DNA of 64,000 nt, taken from an uncultured Candidatus Saccharibacteria bacterium (GTDB lineage Bacteria; Patescibacteriota; Saccharimonadia; Saccharimonadales; JAGQNJ01). The stretch lies in NCBI GenBank assembly GCA_964583075.1, contig CAZOUW010000002.1, positions 5,915-69,914 on the forward strand, written 5' to 3'. The notes under the pieces are model-generated. The model saw only the letters and a list, made by a program, of their open reading frames with translations. It did not search any database and was not told the origin of the DNA. The translations under genes and the position numbers were made by a program. Shown piece by piece: positions 1 to 10,724 of this stretch; the stretch's first letter is position 1; the number at the start of each line of letters is the position of its first letter.

Positions 1-159
1 GATGAGCTTTTCTATATAAGGGACCACTTCTTTTGCTTTTGGTAAGGTTGTCTCAATTGACTCGTTCTTTATGAGTGACTCAGCAAGGCTTTTGATGAGC
101 GCGTCACGCTGATCAGTCTCTCGCCCAAATTTACGACCTTTGTATCCATGGCGGTGCAT
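1..159 (-). CDS. rplQ: 50S ribosomal protein L17 (N-terminal part; gene continues beyond the window start)
   Basis: The reverse-complement of 1-159 translates to [53 protein letters not shown]. This is a typical L17 N-terminus, and the gene is positioned after rpoA as expected. Confidence 0.85.
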   Translation of the reverse strand, partial: MHRHGYKGRKFGRETDQRDALIKSLAESLIKNESIETTLPKAKEVVPYIEKLI

Positions 160-160
160 C

Positions 161-1096
161 TTAAATCTCCAACTCCGCCATTTTATCTTTTACTTCATCT
201 AAAGCTTTTGCACCAAAGCCTTTCAGGTCACGGAGTTCCGTGTCGCCAAGACTTAATAGGTCTTTTAAAGTATGGATATCGTTGTTAATTAGTGCGTTGG
301 TTGTGCGTGCAGAAAGGTTTAAATCTTCAATCGGAGTCATGAGTTCAGCACTATCTTCGATAACTTCTTCTTTTACTTGTTCGCTGCCAAGACTAGCAGT
401 AGCTTCGACACGTGTTTGTCCGGCAAGTGCGGTATACTGGTTAACTAGAATTGCTGCTGCTTCTTCAAATGCATCTTTTGGCGTAATTGTGCCGTCCGTA
501 TCAATGACGATGATGAGCTTGTCAAGATCAGTCATTTGGCCAACACGAGTGTTCTCTACTTTATATCGTACTCTGTAAACTGGGCTGAAAATTGCGTCAA
601 CAGAAATCATGTCACTTGACTTACGATGAGCTGTCTCATCAACTGGACGATATCCTCGGCCAGTCTCAACTGTTAACTCAATATTCAACGTGGCCTTTGG
701 ATCATCAATGTTGGCGATGACGTGATCTTTGTTAACGACTTCTACATCAGAGTTTATAGTAATATCGCTTGCAGTAACGGGACCCTTACCTTTTTTAGCA
801 ATGGTGAGAGTTTGAGGGTCGCTCGAAAATACCTTAAAGCGTACACCCTTTAGTGCCAACATAATATCGACAATATCTTCTTTAACCCCAGGTATGGTTG
901 TAAACTCATGAGTTGCGCCATCGACTCTGAAGGCCGTGACAGCAGCACCCGCAATACTCGACAACAAAACTCGACGAAGGCTGTTACCAAGCGTCATTCC
1001 GTAGCCAGTGTGCAGTGGTTCGATCGCAAACGTTGCACTCGTTGTCGAGTGATCTTGTACGCTTACGACGCCTGGTGTGTAAATATTTTTTGACAT
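161..1096 (-). CDS. rpoA: DNA-directed RNA polymerase alpha subunit
   Basis: 311-aa ORF with an RpoA-like N-terminal dimerisation domain and a C-terminal domain. It lies between rpsD and rplQ. Confidence 0.93.
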   Translation of the reverse strand: MSKNIYTPGVVSVQDHSTTSATFAIEPLHTGYGMTLGNSLRRVLLSSIAGAAVTAFRVDGATHEFTTIPGVKEDIVDIMLALKGVRFKVFSSDPQTLTIAKKGKGPVTASDITINSDVEVVNKDHVIANIDDPKATLNIELTVETGRGYRPVDETAHRKSSDMISVDAIFSPVYRVRYKVENTRVGQMTDLDKLIIVIDTDGTITPKDAFEEAAAILVNQYTALAGQTRVEATASLGSEQVKEEVIEDSAELMTPIEDLNLSARTTNALINNDIHTLKDLLSLGDTELRDLKGFGAKALDEVKDKMAELEI

Positions 1097-1112
1097 GTTA
1101 TTTATCGCCTCC

Positions 1113-1730
1113 TTAGCGTGAGTAATACTCTACGATTAATTGCTCATTAATGTCTGGTTCTGCTTCATCACGAGTTGGCAAACCAGTAACTTTAATTTCA
1201 AATTTCTTACGATTAACACTAAGCCATGATGTCTCATTTTCCTGACCACCAGGGCTTACATCATCAATTCTCTTAAAATATTCGTTGCTTTTACTCGCAA
1301 CTCTTAGCACTATTTCGTCGCCTGGCTTTATACGAATTGACGGAATATCAACTCGACGACCATTTAACATAAAGTGACCATGAGTAACAAGCTGTCGTGA
1401 TGCACGGCGACTAACTGCAAGACCGCTACGGTAAATAACGTTATCAAGTCTTTGCTCAAGGAAAATTAACAACTGTTCACCAGACTGTCCTTTTGTACGA
1501 CTGGCTTCTTCCATTAATTTTCGAAATTGGCGCTCCAGTAGTCCATATAAGCGCTTTACTTTTTGCTTCTCACGTAGCTGTATTGAATACTGACTCGGCT
1601 TATTACGGCTATTACGTCCACCGGGATTTGCGGGTGTGGCTCGCTTAACAAGTGCCTTGTGAGCTTTAGGATGAAGTGCATAGCCTTCACGTCGGCTCAT
1701 CTTAACTATTGGTTGTAAATCTCTTGCCAT
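1113..1730 (-). CDS. rpsD: 30S ribosomal protein S4
   Basis: 205 aa with S4 N-terminal and S4 RNA-binding domain motifs (YRSGLAVSRRASRQLV..HG). Position is canonical. Confidence 0.93.
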   Translation of the reverse strand: MARDLQPIVKMSRREGYALHPKAHKALVKRATPANPGGRNSRNKPSQYSIQLREKQKVKRLYGLLERQFRKLMEEASRTKGQSGEQLLIFLEQRLDNVIYRSGLAVSRRASRQLVTHGHFMLNGRRVDIPSIRIKPGDEIVLRVASKSNEYFKRIDDVSPGGQENETSWLSVNRKKFEIKVTGLPTRDEAEPDINEQLIVEYYSR

Positions 1731-1738
1731 AACTACTC

Positions 1739-2134
1739 CTAGACCCTTCGTGCTTTCTTTGGCCTTACGCCACCGTGGGGTGCACCTGTTACATCGATAA
1801 TCTTCTCGACGCGAATATCCATCCCGCCCAAAACACGAACAGCAGCCTCTCGGCCAAGACCGATGCCTTTTATGTATACATCAACCTTACTAACGCCATG
1901 CATTTGCTTCGCGGCTTGAGCCGCCTTCTCCGCTGCAACCTGAGCCGCGTACGCAGTACCTTTCTTAGAGCCACGAAAACCGCAACCGCCAGCACTTGCA
2001 TAGGTTAAAGCATTCCCCTTGCTATCTGTAAAGGTGATAATTGTGTTATTAAATGTTGCCAAGACGTGAACCTGACCATATGGCACAGACCGTTTGGACT
2101 TCTTTTTCTTAGCTACCGTTGTTGCTTCTGTCAC
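1739..2134 (-). CDS. rpsK: 30S ribosomal protein S11
   Basis: 131 aa; VHVLATFNNTIITFTD...GLGREAAVRVL is a typical S11 sequence. Confidence 0.93.
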   Translation of the reverse strand: MTEATTVAKKKKSKRSVPYGQVHVLATFNNTIITFTDSKGNALTYASAGGCGFRGSKKGTAYAAQVAAEKAAQAAKQMHGVSKVDVYIKGIGLGREAAVRVLGGMDIRVEKIIDVTGAPHGGVRPKKARRV

Positions 2135-2148
2135 TTTATCATGTCTCC

Positions 2149-2535
2149 TTAGGTCTTAGCTGGTGCTTTCTTCTTGGTGCCACCAACTGTTGTTTTCTTA
2201 CCGCGCCTTGTACGAGCGTTAGTTCTAGTTCGTTGACCGTGTGCAGGAAGATTAGCTTTATGACGGAGACCTCTATAAGCGTTAATATCTTTGAGACGTT
2301 TAATGTTTGCGGCTACGATTCTTTGCAGCTCACCTTCAACCGTGTATTCATTATTAATAACTTCTTGAATTTGCGAAATCTCGATATCGGTAAGATTCTT
2401 TACACGTGTTGTGGGGTCAATTTTTGCAACTTTCAAGATATCTTGACTCGTTTTTAGCCCAATACCATATACGTAAGTTAAGGCAGTTTCAATCTGTTTA
2501 TCATTGGGTATTGTTACGCCTGAGATTCTTGCCAT
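2149..2535 (-). CDS. rpsM: 30S ribosomal protein S13
   Basis: 128 aa; MARISGVTIPNDKQIETALTYVYGIG is a typical S13 start. Confidence 0.93.
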   Translation of the reverse strand: MARISGVTIPNDKQIETALTYVYGIGLKTSQDILKVAKIDPTTRVKNLTDIEISQIQEVINNEYTVEGELQRIVAANIKRLKDINAYRGLRHKANLPAHGQRTRTNARTRRGKKTTVGGTKKKAPAKT

Positions 2536-2537
2536 TA

Positions 2538-2654
2538 TTAACCTTGCCTCTGCTTGTGTTTGGGCTTCATTTTATTGATAACGTATAGTCTACCTTTACG
2601 ACGAACAATTTTGTCATCTGAAGTAATTTTTTTGACGCTAGCACGCACTTTCAT
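2538..2654 (-). CDS. rpmJ: 50S ribosomal protein L36
   Basis: Hand translation of the minus strand gives [38 protein letters not shown] (38 aa). This ORF is not in the supplied track. Its position between infA and rpsM is canonical. Confidence 0.85.
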   Translation of the reverse strand: MKVRASVKKITSDDKIVRRKGRLYVINKMKPKHKQRQG

Positions 2655-2727
2655 CCTATTAGTAATCTCCTTTACTTGGACGTTTCATGATGCGGATCCA
2701 CCAACGGCGGACACACTGCTTTAATTA

Positions 2728-2949
2728 TTATGTCTTGCGATACGTGATTCTGCCCTTAGTAAGATCATAAGGGGTCAACTCGACCGTAACGCTGTCTCCT
2801 GGGACAATGCGGATGAAATGCTTCCTCATTTTACCGGCGACATGAGCTATAATTTGGTGGCCATTTTCGAGCTCGACTTTAAATTGCGTACCTGGTAAGG
2901 TCTCAACAATTGTCCCATTTAACTCGATCACTTCCTTGTTATTAGCCAT
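2728..2949 (-). CDS. infA: translation initiation factor IF-1
   Basis: The internal Met of ORF 2728..3132 gives [73 protein letters not shown] (73 aa). This is a textbook IF-1 S1-like fold. The longer ORF overlaps the secY 3' end. Confidence 0.9.
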   Translation of the reverse strand: MANNKEVIELNGTIVETLPGTQFKVELENGHQIIAHVAGKMRKHFIRIVPGDSVTVELTPYDLTKGRITYRKT

Positions 2950-3001
2950 AAATATATAACAAGAAGAAATTGTATCAGAGATGGCCTCTGTTGTAAAGAG
3001 T

Positions 3002-4516
3002 TTATTTTTTGGTTTTTTGTGAACGTTTTGGAATACTTGGTCTTGGTATAAAGCGCAGTCTCCTACCGCCTGTTCCAGCTTCTGCTGGAGTAGTTGCTTC
3101 ATATAAAAAGTCAGGTTGCTCATACTGATCATAAGTAAGCATTAATGCCTGTGACTCCAGTTTGCGTAGCGTTTCTAAAGCCACAGCAACCAGGATTAAG
3201 ATACTGGTTCCTCCAATGGTAATGTTTACTTCTAGGAATGCTTGTCCTACGATTGGCATTACAGCTAAGACACCGAGTGCCAGCGCACCAAATAATGTCA
3301 GGCGGTTCACCACTTTACTCAGGTATTTTTCTGTTTGCTTACCTGAACGTACGCCCTCTAAAAACCCACCTTGCTGCTGTAGGTTTTCGGCTATCTCGGT
3401 CGCATTGAATGCTATACTTGTATAAAAGAAGGTGAATATAAACACAAGTAGAAAATAAACAATCGGATAAATGTATGGCTGTATGCCTCCTGCTGCAAAT
3501 GTCTGTGATGTTGGCGTTTGGAACCATTGTACTAAGTTTGCTCCAATTTCCTGGAGTCTTGCACTTTCAGATCCAGAAAAGATTTGACCCAAGAAACTAG
3601 GTACACTCAAAAATGCAACTGCAAAGATTATTGGCACCACGCCAGCTGTGATTAATTTGATCGGCAGGACAGTTGTCACTCCACCGTAAAGTCGATTACC
3701 TTGAACTCGCTTCGCATAGTTAACGGTCAAATTCCTCGAGGCTTCATTGAGTTTCACTACAAGAATTGTCGTAACCGTAATGATCGTTAAAATCAGTAGT
3801 GTATACCAAAATGCCTTTTCATCTATTGGTAACTGCTTGCCAAAAATGTTCCACTTTTGATCTTCTTGAATGATGCTATTGAGCAAGTTGGCTGCGGTCG
3901 TTGGTAGCTGACTCACAATACCAACGGTAATAATCAGCGAAATACCATTGCCAATATTTTGTTCTGTTATTAGCTCGCCCAGCCACATCAGGAGCATTGA
4001 TCCACCAGTAAGAGCGGCAACCATAAGCACCCATTGGCCAAAGCTTGCATTAGCTGTTATGTCGCCCAGGCCGCCAATACTAGCCGCAGTCTGTTTAACT
4101 AGATAGATTGAGCCGACAGATTGAATGATTGCAAGTGGCAACGCCAGGAGTCTTGTATACTGGTTAATTTTTTTACGACCAAATTCACCCTCTTTGTTGA
4201 GCGTCTCTAACTGTGGAATCGCACGAGTCAGAAGCTGCATAATAATCGAAGCATTAATATACGGTCCGAGTCCTACTAGCATAATTGAAAAGTTTGCTAG
4301 AGCTCCTCCGGATAGAACATCAACAAAACTGAGTAGTTGTGACGTCTGCGCAGAATTAAATAAAGTCTCGAGAATTTGTTTGAGAGTTTCACCGTTAGCA
4401 ATTGGAATTGGTATGTGCGCAAGTATGCGAAATACCAAGATCATCCCTAAGACTGCGAGGATCTTTTTTCGCATGTCAGCATTAGTTAAAGATTTCCCGA
4501 TAACTTTCCAGTTCAT
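3002..4516 (-). CDS. secY: preprotein translocase subunit SecY (with ~50-60 aa C-terminal extension)
   Basis: 504 aa polytopic membrane protein. SecY motifs are present ([21 protein letters not shown]; 10-TM pattern). It follows rplO. Confidence 0.92.
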   Translation of the reverse strand: MNWKVIGKSLTNADMRKKILAVLGMILVFRILAHIPIPIANGETLKQILETLFNSAQTSQLLSFVDVLSGGALANFSIMLVGLGPYINASIIMQLLTRAIPQLETLNKEGEFGRKKINQYTRLLALPLAIIQSVGSIYLVKQTAASIGGLGDITANASFGQWVLMVAALTGGSMLLMWLGELITEQNIGNGISLIITVGIVSQLPTTAANLLNSIIQEDQKWNIFGKQLPIDEKAFWYTLLILTIITVTTILVVKLNEASRNLTVNYAKRVQGNRLYGGVTTVLPIKLITAGVVPIIFAVAFLSVPSFLGQIFSGSESARLQEIGANLVQWFQTPTSQTFAAGGIQPYIYPIVYFLLVFIFTFFYTSIAFNATEIAENLQQQGGFLEGVRSGKQTEKYLSKVVNRLTLFGALALGVLAVMPIVGQAFLEVNITIGGTSILILVAVALETLRKLESQALMLTYDQYEQPDFLYEATTPAEAGTGGRRLRFIPRPSIPKRSQKTKK

Positions 4517-4650
4517 CTTCTCAGAAGTCTCCGATTTACGCTACGCATTATAAACATATCTTTATACCTATTTTCCCCACACAGTTCTTAACCTGTCTTT
4601 ATCCCTCATAGTCACTTCATTGTAGCCTACAAATAGGCTACAAATGAAAC

Positions 4651-5118
4651 TTATTTTGTTGTTTTTTCTTTAGCAGTCCGTTTTGGACGTTCCACGATCG
4701 CTACATTACCACCGGCTTTTTCAACAGAAGCGATTGCTTTTTTGCTTGCAGCCTGAACTTTAACCGATGTCTTTTTACCAACCTCACCATCTGCTATTAA
4801 TTTTACTCTGACATATGGATTAGAAATCAACCCTTTATCTGCCAAGGCAAAGTTATCTACATTAGTACCTATCTTAGCGAGTTGGCTTGTATATACATTT
4901 TCTGCCTTAGGACGAATCGAACGAAAACCCGGCAATTTTGGCAGCCGTTGAGCAAGCGGATTTTGGCCGCCTTCAAAGCCTGGCCTTACACCGCCACCCG
5001 TACGCGCATTCTGGCCTTTAGTGCCACGTCCAGCAGTTTTGCCTCTGCCGGCAGATATACCGCGTCCAACCCGGGTAGATTTTTTTTGTTTGTTCGTGGT
5101 TAGCTCATGAAACTTCAT
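4651..5118 (-). CDS. rplO: 50S ribosomal protein L15
   Basis: 155 aa with a Gly/Arg-rich N-terminus (RVGRGISAGRGKTAGRGTKGQ) typical of L15. Confidence 0.93.
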   Translation of the reverse strand: MKFHELTTNKQKKSTRVGRGISAGRGKTAGRGTKGQNARTGGGVRPGFEGGQNPLAQRLPKLPGFRSIRPKAENVYTSQLAKIGTNVDNFALADKGLISNPYVRVKLIADGEVGKKTSVKVQAASKKAIASVEKAGGNVAIVERPKRTAKEKTTK

Positions 5119-5654
5119 TATTTCTTCTCCGCTGATTTAACCGGCTTCTTTGCAAGATTTTTCTTGGTAGTTATCCATTTACTCGCTGGTTCAACACTTG
5201 CTAACGCGTCAATGGTTGCGTACGCAATATTAATTTTGTTAGCTGATCCCAGTGACTTTGATAGAGCATTGTGTACACCGGCAACTTCTAGTACTGTGCG
5301 CACAACACCGCCTGCAATTAGCCCAGTACCAGCACTAGCTGGCTTTAGTAGGATACGTGCACCTGAAACTTTTGCTTCTGTTTCGTGAGGTATTGTACCC
5401 TTATACAGTGCTACATTTACCATGTTTTTCTTGGCAACATCAGTTGCCTTTGTGATTGCGCTCGTCACATCAAGTCCCTTCGACACGCCAGCACCGACAC
5501 GCCCTTTATGATCCCCAACAACCACGAGAGCTCGAAATCGGAACCTTCGGCCGCCTTTTACTACACGTGCAACGCGATCAATATGGACCATACGCTCGTC
5601 AAGTTGATTCTCGTCTTGACGTAGTTCTTTTGCTAATTGTCTGTTCTCAGCCAT
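5118..5654 (-). CDS. rpsE: 30S ribosomal protein S5
   Basis: 178 aa with S5 dsRBD and C-terminal domains (VVKGGRRFRFRALVVVGD). It abuts rplO directly, with no L30 gene in between. Confidence 0.93.
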   Translation of the reverse strand: MAENRQLAKELRQDENQLDERMVHIDRVARVVKGGRRFRFRALVVVGDHKGRVGAGVSKGLDVTSAITKATDVAKKNMVNVALYKGTIPHETEAKVSGARILLKPASAGTGLIAGGVVRTVLEVAGVHNALSKSLGSANKINIAYATIDALASVEPASKWITTKKNLAKKPVKSAEKK

Positions 5655-5655
5655 A

Positions 5656-6012
5656 TTAAAACTCCAATCCGCCTTCTCGGGCTTTATCCGCCAAGGCCTT
5701 CACGCGTCCGTGGTACAGGCGTCCATTACGGTCAAAAATAACCTTTTTTATCTTCTTTTCCTTCGCTAATTTAGCAATCTCAGTACCGACCCACTCGGCA
5801 CGCTCTGTCATAGTACCTTTTGCTGACTTGTTACCTATAGTTGTAGTCGCTACGATTGTTGCATGTTTACTATCGTCAATTATTTGTGCGCTTATATGAA
5901 TGTTACTCACAAATACACATAGCCTTGGACGTTCCGTGGTGCCACGAGTAACCTTGCGAATACGTGCCTTACGGCGAGCCAGATTTTGAGTTTTTTGATG
6001 CAAACGGTTCAT
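5656..6012 (-). CDS. rplR: 50S ribosomal protein L18
   Basis: 118 aa. L18 family sequence in canonical position. Confidence 0.92.
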   Translation of the reverse strand: MNRLHQKTQNLARRKARIRKVTRGTTERPRLCVFVSNIHISAQIIDDSKHATIVATTTIGNKSAKGTMTERAEWVGTEIAKLAKEKKIKKVIFDRNGRLYHGRVKALADKAREGGLEF

Positions 6013-6552
6013 CTACTTATCCTTTCCTGACTTACCTGATTTTCTGATGATATGTTCACCCTCGTAGCGAATACCCTTGCCCTTATATGGTTCGGGTTTC
6101 TTAAGCGCTCTGATCTCTGCTGCTACCTGACCAACTTGCTGCTTCGTAATTCCAGAAACAGTTATGGTGTTTTGCTCAACGGAGGCAGTAATACCTTCTG
6201 GGAGCGTGTACTCAACTTGGTGCGAGAAGCCTAAATTCAACTTTAGCTGATTACCGGCAAGGGCAACACGAAAGCCAACGCCATGAATCTCAAGCTTCTT
6301 GCTAAAGCCTTCTGTTACACCCGTAACCATATTATTAATGAGTGCTCGCATTAAGCCATGCTTTGCACGATGTTCCGGCTGGTCATCAACGCGGATTACA
6401 ATAACTTGATCATCTTCTTGTTTAACTGTAATACCTGTCATTGTAAACTGTTTAAGTTCACCCTTAGGGCCTTTTACAGTAACAAAATCGTTGTCGACAG
6501 TGATTGTCACACCAGCTGGAATCTTGATTGGTAGTTTTCCTACTCGACTCAT
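6013..6552 (-). CDS. rplF: 50S ribosomal protein L6
   Basis: 179 aa; MSRVGKLPIKIPAGVTITV is a typical L6 start. Confidence 0.93.
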   Translation of the reverse strand: MSRVGKLPIKIPAGVTITVDNDFVTVKGPKGELKQFTMTGITVKQEDDQVIVIRVDDQPEHRAKHGLMRALINNMVTGVTEGFSKKLEIHGVGFRVALAGNQLKLNLGFSHQVEYTLPEGITASVEQNTITVSGITKQQVGQVAAEIRALKKPEPYKGKGIRYEGEHIIRKSGKSGKDK

Positions 6553-6566
6553 CTTATTACCTCGTT

Positions 6567-6965
6567 TTAATAAACCTTACAAATTAACTCTCCGCCCAGA
6601 CGTGACTTACGGGCATCGCTGCCAGTCATTAGCCCTTGCGAAGTTGAAACAATAACAATACCACGACCACGCTTTACGGTTGGGATACCTTGTACATTAA
6701 CGTACTGACGTCGGCCAGGTGTGCTCATACGTTCAATTGCCGTAATATTTGCGTTGTGGTCTTCAGAATTGATGCGTATTACAAGATGTTTGTTTACACC
6801 TTCACCATCTACGCTAACACTTTGAATAAAGTCATTATCGGCAAGTAGTTGAGCAATTGATTCTTTAATGCGTGAATACGGTACATTGACCTCGTTTTTA
6901 CGAACCATAATCGCATTGCGGATTCTGGTAAGCATATCTGAAATTGGATCTGTAGATGTCATCAT
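6567..6965 (-). CDS. rpsH: 30S ribosomal protein S8
   Basis: 132 aa; DPISDMLTRIRNA is an S8 signature. Confidence 0.93.
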   Translation of the reverse strand: MMTSTDPISDMLTRIRNAIMVRKNEVNVPYSRIKESIAQLLADNDFIQSVSVDGEGVNKHLVIRINSEDHNANITAIERMSTPGRRQYVNVQGIPTVKRGRGIVIVSTSQGLMTGSDARKSRLGGELICKVY

Positions 6966-6972
6966 TCTCTCC

Positions 6973-7242
6973 TTACCAGCTTGCCTTTGTTACGCCTGGA
7001 ATCTCACCTTTGGAAGCATGTTCACGGAATGAAATGCGACTTAGGCCAAATGTTCGCATATAGCCGCGAGGTCGACCGGTCTCTTCGCAGCGGTTCTTCC
7101 AACGCGTTGGCGATGAATTGCGAGGCAACTTATGTAAAGCCTCAAAATCACCAGCAGCCTTTAACTCAGCCCGCTTGTCAGCATATTTTGTTATCATGTT
7201 ACGACGCTTCTTATCACGAGCAACAATAGATTTTTTAGCCAT
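6973..7242 (-). CDS. rpsN: 30S ribosomal protein S14
   Basis: 89 aa; the C-terminus [31 protein letters not shown] is S14-like. Confidence 0.9.
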   Translation of the reverse strand: MAKKSIVARDKKRRNMITKYADKRAELKAAGDFEALHKLPRNSSPTRWKNRCEETGRPRGYMRTFGLSRISFREHASKGEIPGVTKASW

Positions 7243-7817
7243 TACTTAGCCTCCTTATTCTTCTCAAACGGCATACCAAACTTGGTTAGTAGCGCCTTTG
7301 CATCTTCTGGTTTTTCAGCCCGTATTGCACAGACGACTTGCAAACCATGAGTAATTGGTGAATCTTCAAAGGTGATCTCTGGGAACACGGTCTGATCATT
7401 CAAGCCAATACTATAGTTGCCTTGCTTGTCAAAAGCCTTTGCACCTACACCGTGGAAGTCACGAAGTCTTGGCAGCACAATATTGATCAGTCGATCAAGG
7501 AACTCGTACATTTGATCACCACGAAGTGTCACTTTAAGACCAATTTTATTACCTTCACGCAGTTTAAAGCTAGCAATTGAAAGTTTAGCGGTTGTTTGGA
7601 TTGGTTCTTGGCCAGTTATTTTGCGAAGTGTAGTTGTCGCAACTTCCATGAGCCGTTTATCATCTTTTGCACGCCCCAAACCAACGTTAATTACTATTTT
7701 TTCAAGTTTTGGTACTTGGTTGACGTTTTTTAGTTCTAACTCTTTTACAAGTTCACTAACAAATTGATCATTGTATTGGCTCTTCAAACGAGCTGATATT
7801 GCAATTGTTTTAGCCAT
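7242..7817 (-). CDS. rplE: 50S ribosomal protein L5
   Basis: 191 aa with L5 family motifs. Confidence 0.93.
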   Translation of the reverse strand: MAKTIAISARLKSQYNDQFVSELVKELELKNVNQVPKLEKIVINVGLGRAKDDKRLMEVATTTLRKITGQEPIQTTAKLSIASFKLREGNKIGLKVTLRGDQMYEFLDRLINIVLPRLRDFHGVGAKAFDKQGNYSIGLNDQTVFPEITFEDSPITHGLQVVCAIRAEKPEDAKALLTKFGMPFEKNKEAK

Positions 7818-8146
7818 TACTTGATCTCCTTTCCTGATTTCTTGTATATACGAATTTTCTTGCCGTCTTTATCGAGCTTGTAGCCAATTTTACTTGGCTT
7901 TTTGCTGGTAGCCTCTACAATGGCGACCTTGCTTACGTCAATTGGCTTGGTAACATCAATAATGCCACCTTGTGGGTATTGTTTGTTGGGCTTAACATGT
8001 TTCTTAACGATGTTAATACCCTCTACCGTAACCTTATTTTCGGTAGGGTGGGTAGTAACAACCTTGCCGGTCTTGCCCTTTTCTTTGCCACTAATAACAA
8101 CTACGGTATCGCCTTTTTGTAATCGGATTTTATAAATAGTATTCAT
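7817..8146 (-). CDS. rplX: 50S ribosomal protein L24
   Basis: 109 aa with a KOW motif (KIRLQKGDTVVVISGKEKGKTGKV). Confidence 0.92.
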   Translation of the reverse strand: MNTIYKIRLQKGDTVVVISGKEKGKTGKVVTTHPTENKVTVEGINIVKKHVKPNKQYPQGGIIDVTKPIDVSKVAIVEATSKKPSKIGYKLDKDGKKIRIYKKSGKEIK

Positions 8147-8147
8147 A

Positions 8148-8516
8148 TTAGAGCACCTCCGGCGCTAGGCTGATAATCTTTGCATACCCCTGGTCACGTA
8201 GTTCACGCGGAACTGGGCCAAAAATACGAGTTGCCTTAGGTAGTTTGTCATCACCAATAATTACTGCTGCATTGTCGTCAAATTTAATAGTAGAACCATC
8301 CTTGCGCTTAATGACAGCCTTTGAGCGCACCACGACTGCACGTACCACAGTCTTCTTCTTTACATTGCCAGTCGGGCTGGCATCTTTAACAGTCGCAACG
8401 ATAATGTCACCTACGCTTGCGTAGCGACGACGAGTACCACCAAGGACGCGGATACACAAAATTTCTTTTGCACCGCTGTTATCACAGACTTTTAGTCGAG
8501 ACTCTTGCTGTACCAT
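8148..8516 (-). CDS. rplN: 50S ribosomal protein L14
   Basis: 122 aa; [18 protein letters not shown] is a typical L14 start. Confidence 0.94.
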   Translation of the reverse strand: MVQQESRLKVCDNSGAKEILCIRVLGGTRRRYASVGDIIVATVKDASPTGNVKKKTVVRAVVVRSKAVIKRKDGSTIKFDDNAAVIIGDDKLPKATRIFGPVPRELRDQGYAKIISLAPEVL

Positions 8517-8800
8517 TATGCCGTCTCCTCGGTTGCTTCTTTAATATCTTCATCACGAAGTGCTGGTCGCTCGATAATCTTCTTAAGTTCGTAACGCTTA
8601 CGTGCACTCAATGGACGTGTCTCGCTAATCAAAACTTTATCTCCTATTTTGGCTTCGTTCTTCTCATCATGTGCCATAACTTTTTGAGACGCAATGTAGC
8701 GTTTCTTGTAGATTGGGTGACTCTTATGGGTGACAATAGTCACAACAATTGACTTGTCTGGACGATCAGAAGTAACGGTACCTTGTAAGACTTTTGCCAT
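8516..8800 (-). CDS. rpsQ: 30S ribosomal protein S17
   Basis: 94 aa. S17 OB fold in canonical position. Confidence 0.92.
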   Translation of the reverse strand: MAKVLQGTVTSDRPDKSIVVTIVTHKSHPIYKKRYIASQKVMAHDEKNEAKIGDKVLISETRPLSARKRYELKKIIERPALRDEDIKEATEETA

Positions 8801-9001
8801 CTACTTGGTCTCCTTTGTTAGTTGTTCGCTTAGCACAGTAAGCATACGTGCAAGATCACGGCGTTTGCCACGGATTGCTCGTGAATTTTGTAACTCACCC
8901 ATGGCAATCTGACGACGCAGTTCTGCAATCTCTTCTCTCAGCTGTGTGCTCTGTTTAGTTAAATCAATAGTTGATAATTTACGGATTTCTAACATCTTCA
9001 T
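8801..9001 (-). CDS. rpmC: 50S ribosomal protein L29
   Basis: ORF 8801..9022. The likely start is the internal MKMLEIRKLS, which avoids overlap with rplP. The sequence has the L29 helical signature. Confidence 0.85.
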   Translation of the reverse strand: MKMLEIRKLSTIDLTKQSTQLREEIAELRRQIAMGELQNSRAIRGKRRDLARMLTVLSEQLTKETK

Positions 9002-9002
9002 A

Positions 9003-9416
9003 TTAATTTTCCTCCCGTACAAGGAATTTAGTCTTTACAGGTAGCTTATGTGCAGCTAGGCGCATCGCTTCGCGTGCTACCTCTTCTGATACTCCCTGCA
9101 TCTCAAACATAATGGTACCGGGACGGACTTTAGCGACAAAGAAGTCGGGGCTACCCTTACCGCTACCCATTTTAGTTCCAACTGCTTTGCGAGTCACTGG
9201 GGTGTGCGGAAATATACGGATCCAAATTTTACCACCACGCTTTATGTAACGAGTCATCGCTTGACGTGCCGCCTCAATTTGACGTGAAGTAATACGGTCC
9301 ATACCTTGCGACTGCAGGGCATACTGACCAAAGGCAATCGTATTACCGCTAGTGGCAACACCCTTCATTCGGCCAACGCGTACTCGTCTAAACTTCGTTC
9401 GTTTTGGTATCAACAT
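9003..9416 (-). CDS. rplP: 50S ribosomal protein L16
   Basis: 137 aa; [19 protein letters not shown] is a typical L16 start. Confidence 0.94.
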   Translation of the reverse strand: MLIPKRTKFRRVRVGRMKGVATSGNTIAFGQYALQSQGMDRITSRQIEAARQAMTRYIKRGGKIWIRIFPHTPVTRKAVGTKMGSGKGSPDFFVAKVRPGTIMFEMQGVSEEVAREAMRLAAHKLPVKTKFLVREEN

Positions 9417-9417
9417 C

Positions 9418-10047
9418 TTAATTCACCTCGCCTTTGTAGATCCAAACTTTTACGCCAATAATGCCGGCTGGAGTTTGAGCAGGAACGTATGCATAATCAA
9501 TATCAGCACGAAGTGTATGAAGTGGAACGCTGCCCTGTATCTCTTTTTCGCGTCGCGCCATCTCGGCGCCGTTCAGACGTCCAGAAACTTGAATACGAAT
9601 GCCTTTAGCACCAGCACGCATTGTTGCCGCCGCAGAAGACTTAATTGCACGTCTGAATGAAATACGTCGCTGAAGTTGGAATGCAATGTTTTCTGCAACT
9701 AGCTTTGCATATAGTTCAGGCTTCTTGACTTCTTCAATATTCACTCGCACTGGTACTTTATATATCTTCTCAATCGCAGACTTTAGCTCTTGAACACCTG
9801 CACCACCACGACCAATTACGACACCTGCTTTAGCAGTCGAAAGTGTTACTGTGACTAGATTGGGTGATCGCTCAATATCAACTTTATTAATCGCAGCTCG
9901 GCTTCCAAGCTTAACATCAATCATGCGTCTTACTTCAAGATCCTGAGTCAAGTATTTGGCGTACTCTCTCTTGCTAACAAACCACTTACTACGCCAGTCT
10001 TTATTGACCTGCAGGCGCATTGAAATTGGGTTAACTTTCTGTCCCAT
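9418..10047 (-). CDS. rpsC: 30S ribosomal protein S3
   Basis: 209 aa with KH and S3-C domains ([12 protein letters not shown]). Confidence 0.94.
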   Translation of the reverse strand: MGQKVNPISMRLQVNKDWRSKWFVSKREYAKYLTQDLEVRRMIDVKLGSRAAINKVDIERSPNLVTVTLSTAKAGVVIGRGGAGVQELKSAIEKIYKVPVRVNIEEVKKPELYAKLVAENIAFQLQRRISFRRAIKSSAAATMRAGAKGIRIQVSGRLNGAEMARREKEIQGSVPLHTLRADIDYAYVPAQTPAGIIGVKVWIYKGEVN

Positions 10048-10436
10048 TATTTAGTCTCCTCTTCGGCTTTCTTTGCCTTTGCGGTAGCCTTCTTAGCTTC
10101 ACGCTTATCACCATCAACAACAACACGAATGTGTGAAGATTTCTTCTGGAAAGGCAAGGCTCGACCGTGCGCTGCAGGTTTGTAGCGCTTGAGGCGTGGA
10201 CCAGGAGTTACGGAAATCTCTACAATCTGAAGCGTTCCTGGCTTATAGCTGTGGTTGTGCTCAGCATTAGCCTGTGCTGATTTGATAACACGTGCAACTG
10301 CGTCGGCACTACGTCGTGGCGTATTCTCTAAAATAACCAGTGCATCGCTTACACTACGACCACGTACTAGTGAGGCAACTACACCAGTTTTGCGCGGACT
10401 AATGCTTACCCCTTTGGCGATAGCTTGAACACTCAT
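10047..10436 (-). CDS. rplV: 50S ribosomal protein L22
   Basis: 129 aa. L22 family with a Lys-rich C-terminal tail. Confidence 0.9.
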   Translation of the reverse strand: MSVQAIAKGVSISPRKTGVVASLVRGRSVSDALVILENTPRRSADAVARVIKSAQANAEHNHSYKPGTLQIVEISVTPGPRLKRYKPAAHGRALPFQKKSSHIRVVVDGDKREAKKATAKAKKAEEETK

Positions 10437-10711
10437 TATTTGCCACCTTTCGCAAGCTTACCACCGTGTGTACGGAATTTACGGGTTGGGGCAAACTCAC
10501 CAAGCTTGTGACCAACCATGTTTTCTGTAATGAAAACCGGCACATGTACCTTGCCATTATGAACAGCAATGGTCTTGCCAACAAATTCAGGAGCAATCGT
10601 AGAAGAACGAGCCCATGTTTTAACAATAGTTCGGTCTTCTTGCCCCAAGGCGCCCATCTTTTTGGCTAGCTTTGGATCTACAAATGGTCCTTTTTTCAGT
10701 GAACGACTCAT
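10436..10711 (-). CDS. rpsS: 30S ribosomal protein S19
   Basis: 91 aa; [12 protein letters not shown] is a typical S19 start. Confidence 0.94.
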   Translation of the reverse strand: MSRSLKKGPFVDPKLAKKMGALGQEDRTIVKTWARSSTIAPEFVGKTIAVHNGKVHVPVFITENMVGHKLGEFAPTRKFRTHGGKLAKGGK

Positions 10712-10724
10712 TGTCTACTACCTC

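Noticed and set aside
2728-3132. 134-aa extended infA ORF
   Set aside because: The N-terminal 61 codons overlap the secY 3' end. The conserved IF-1 begins at the internal MANNKEV (2949).
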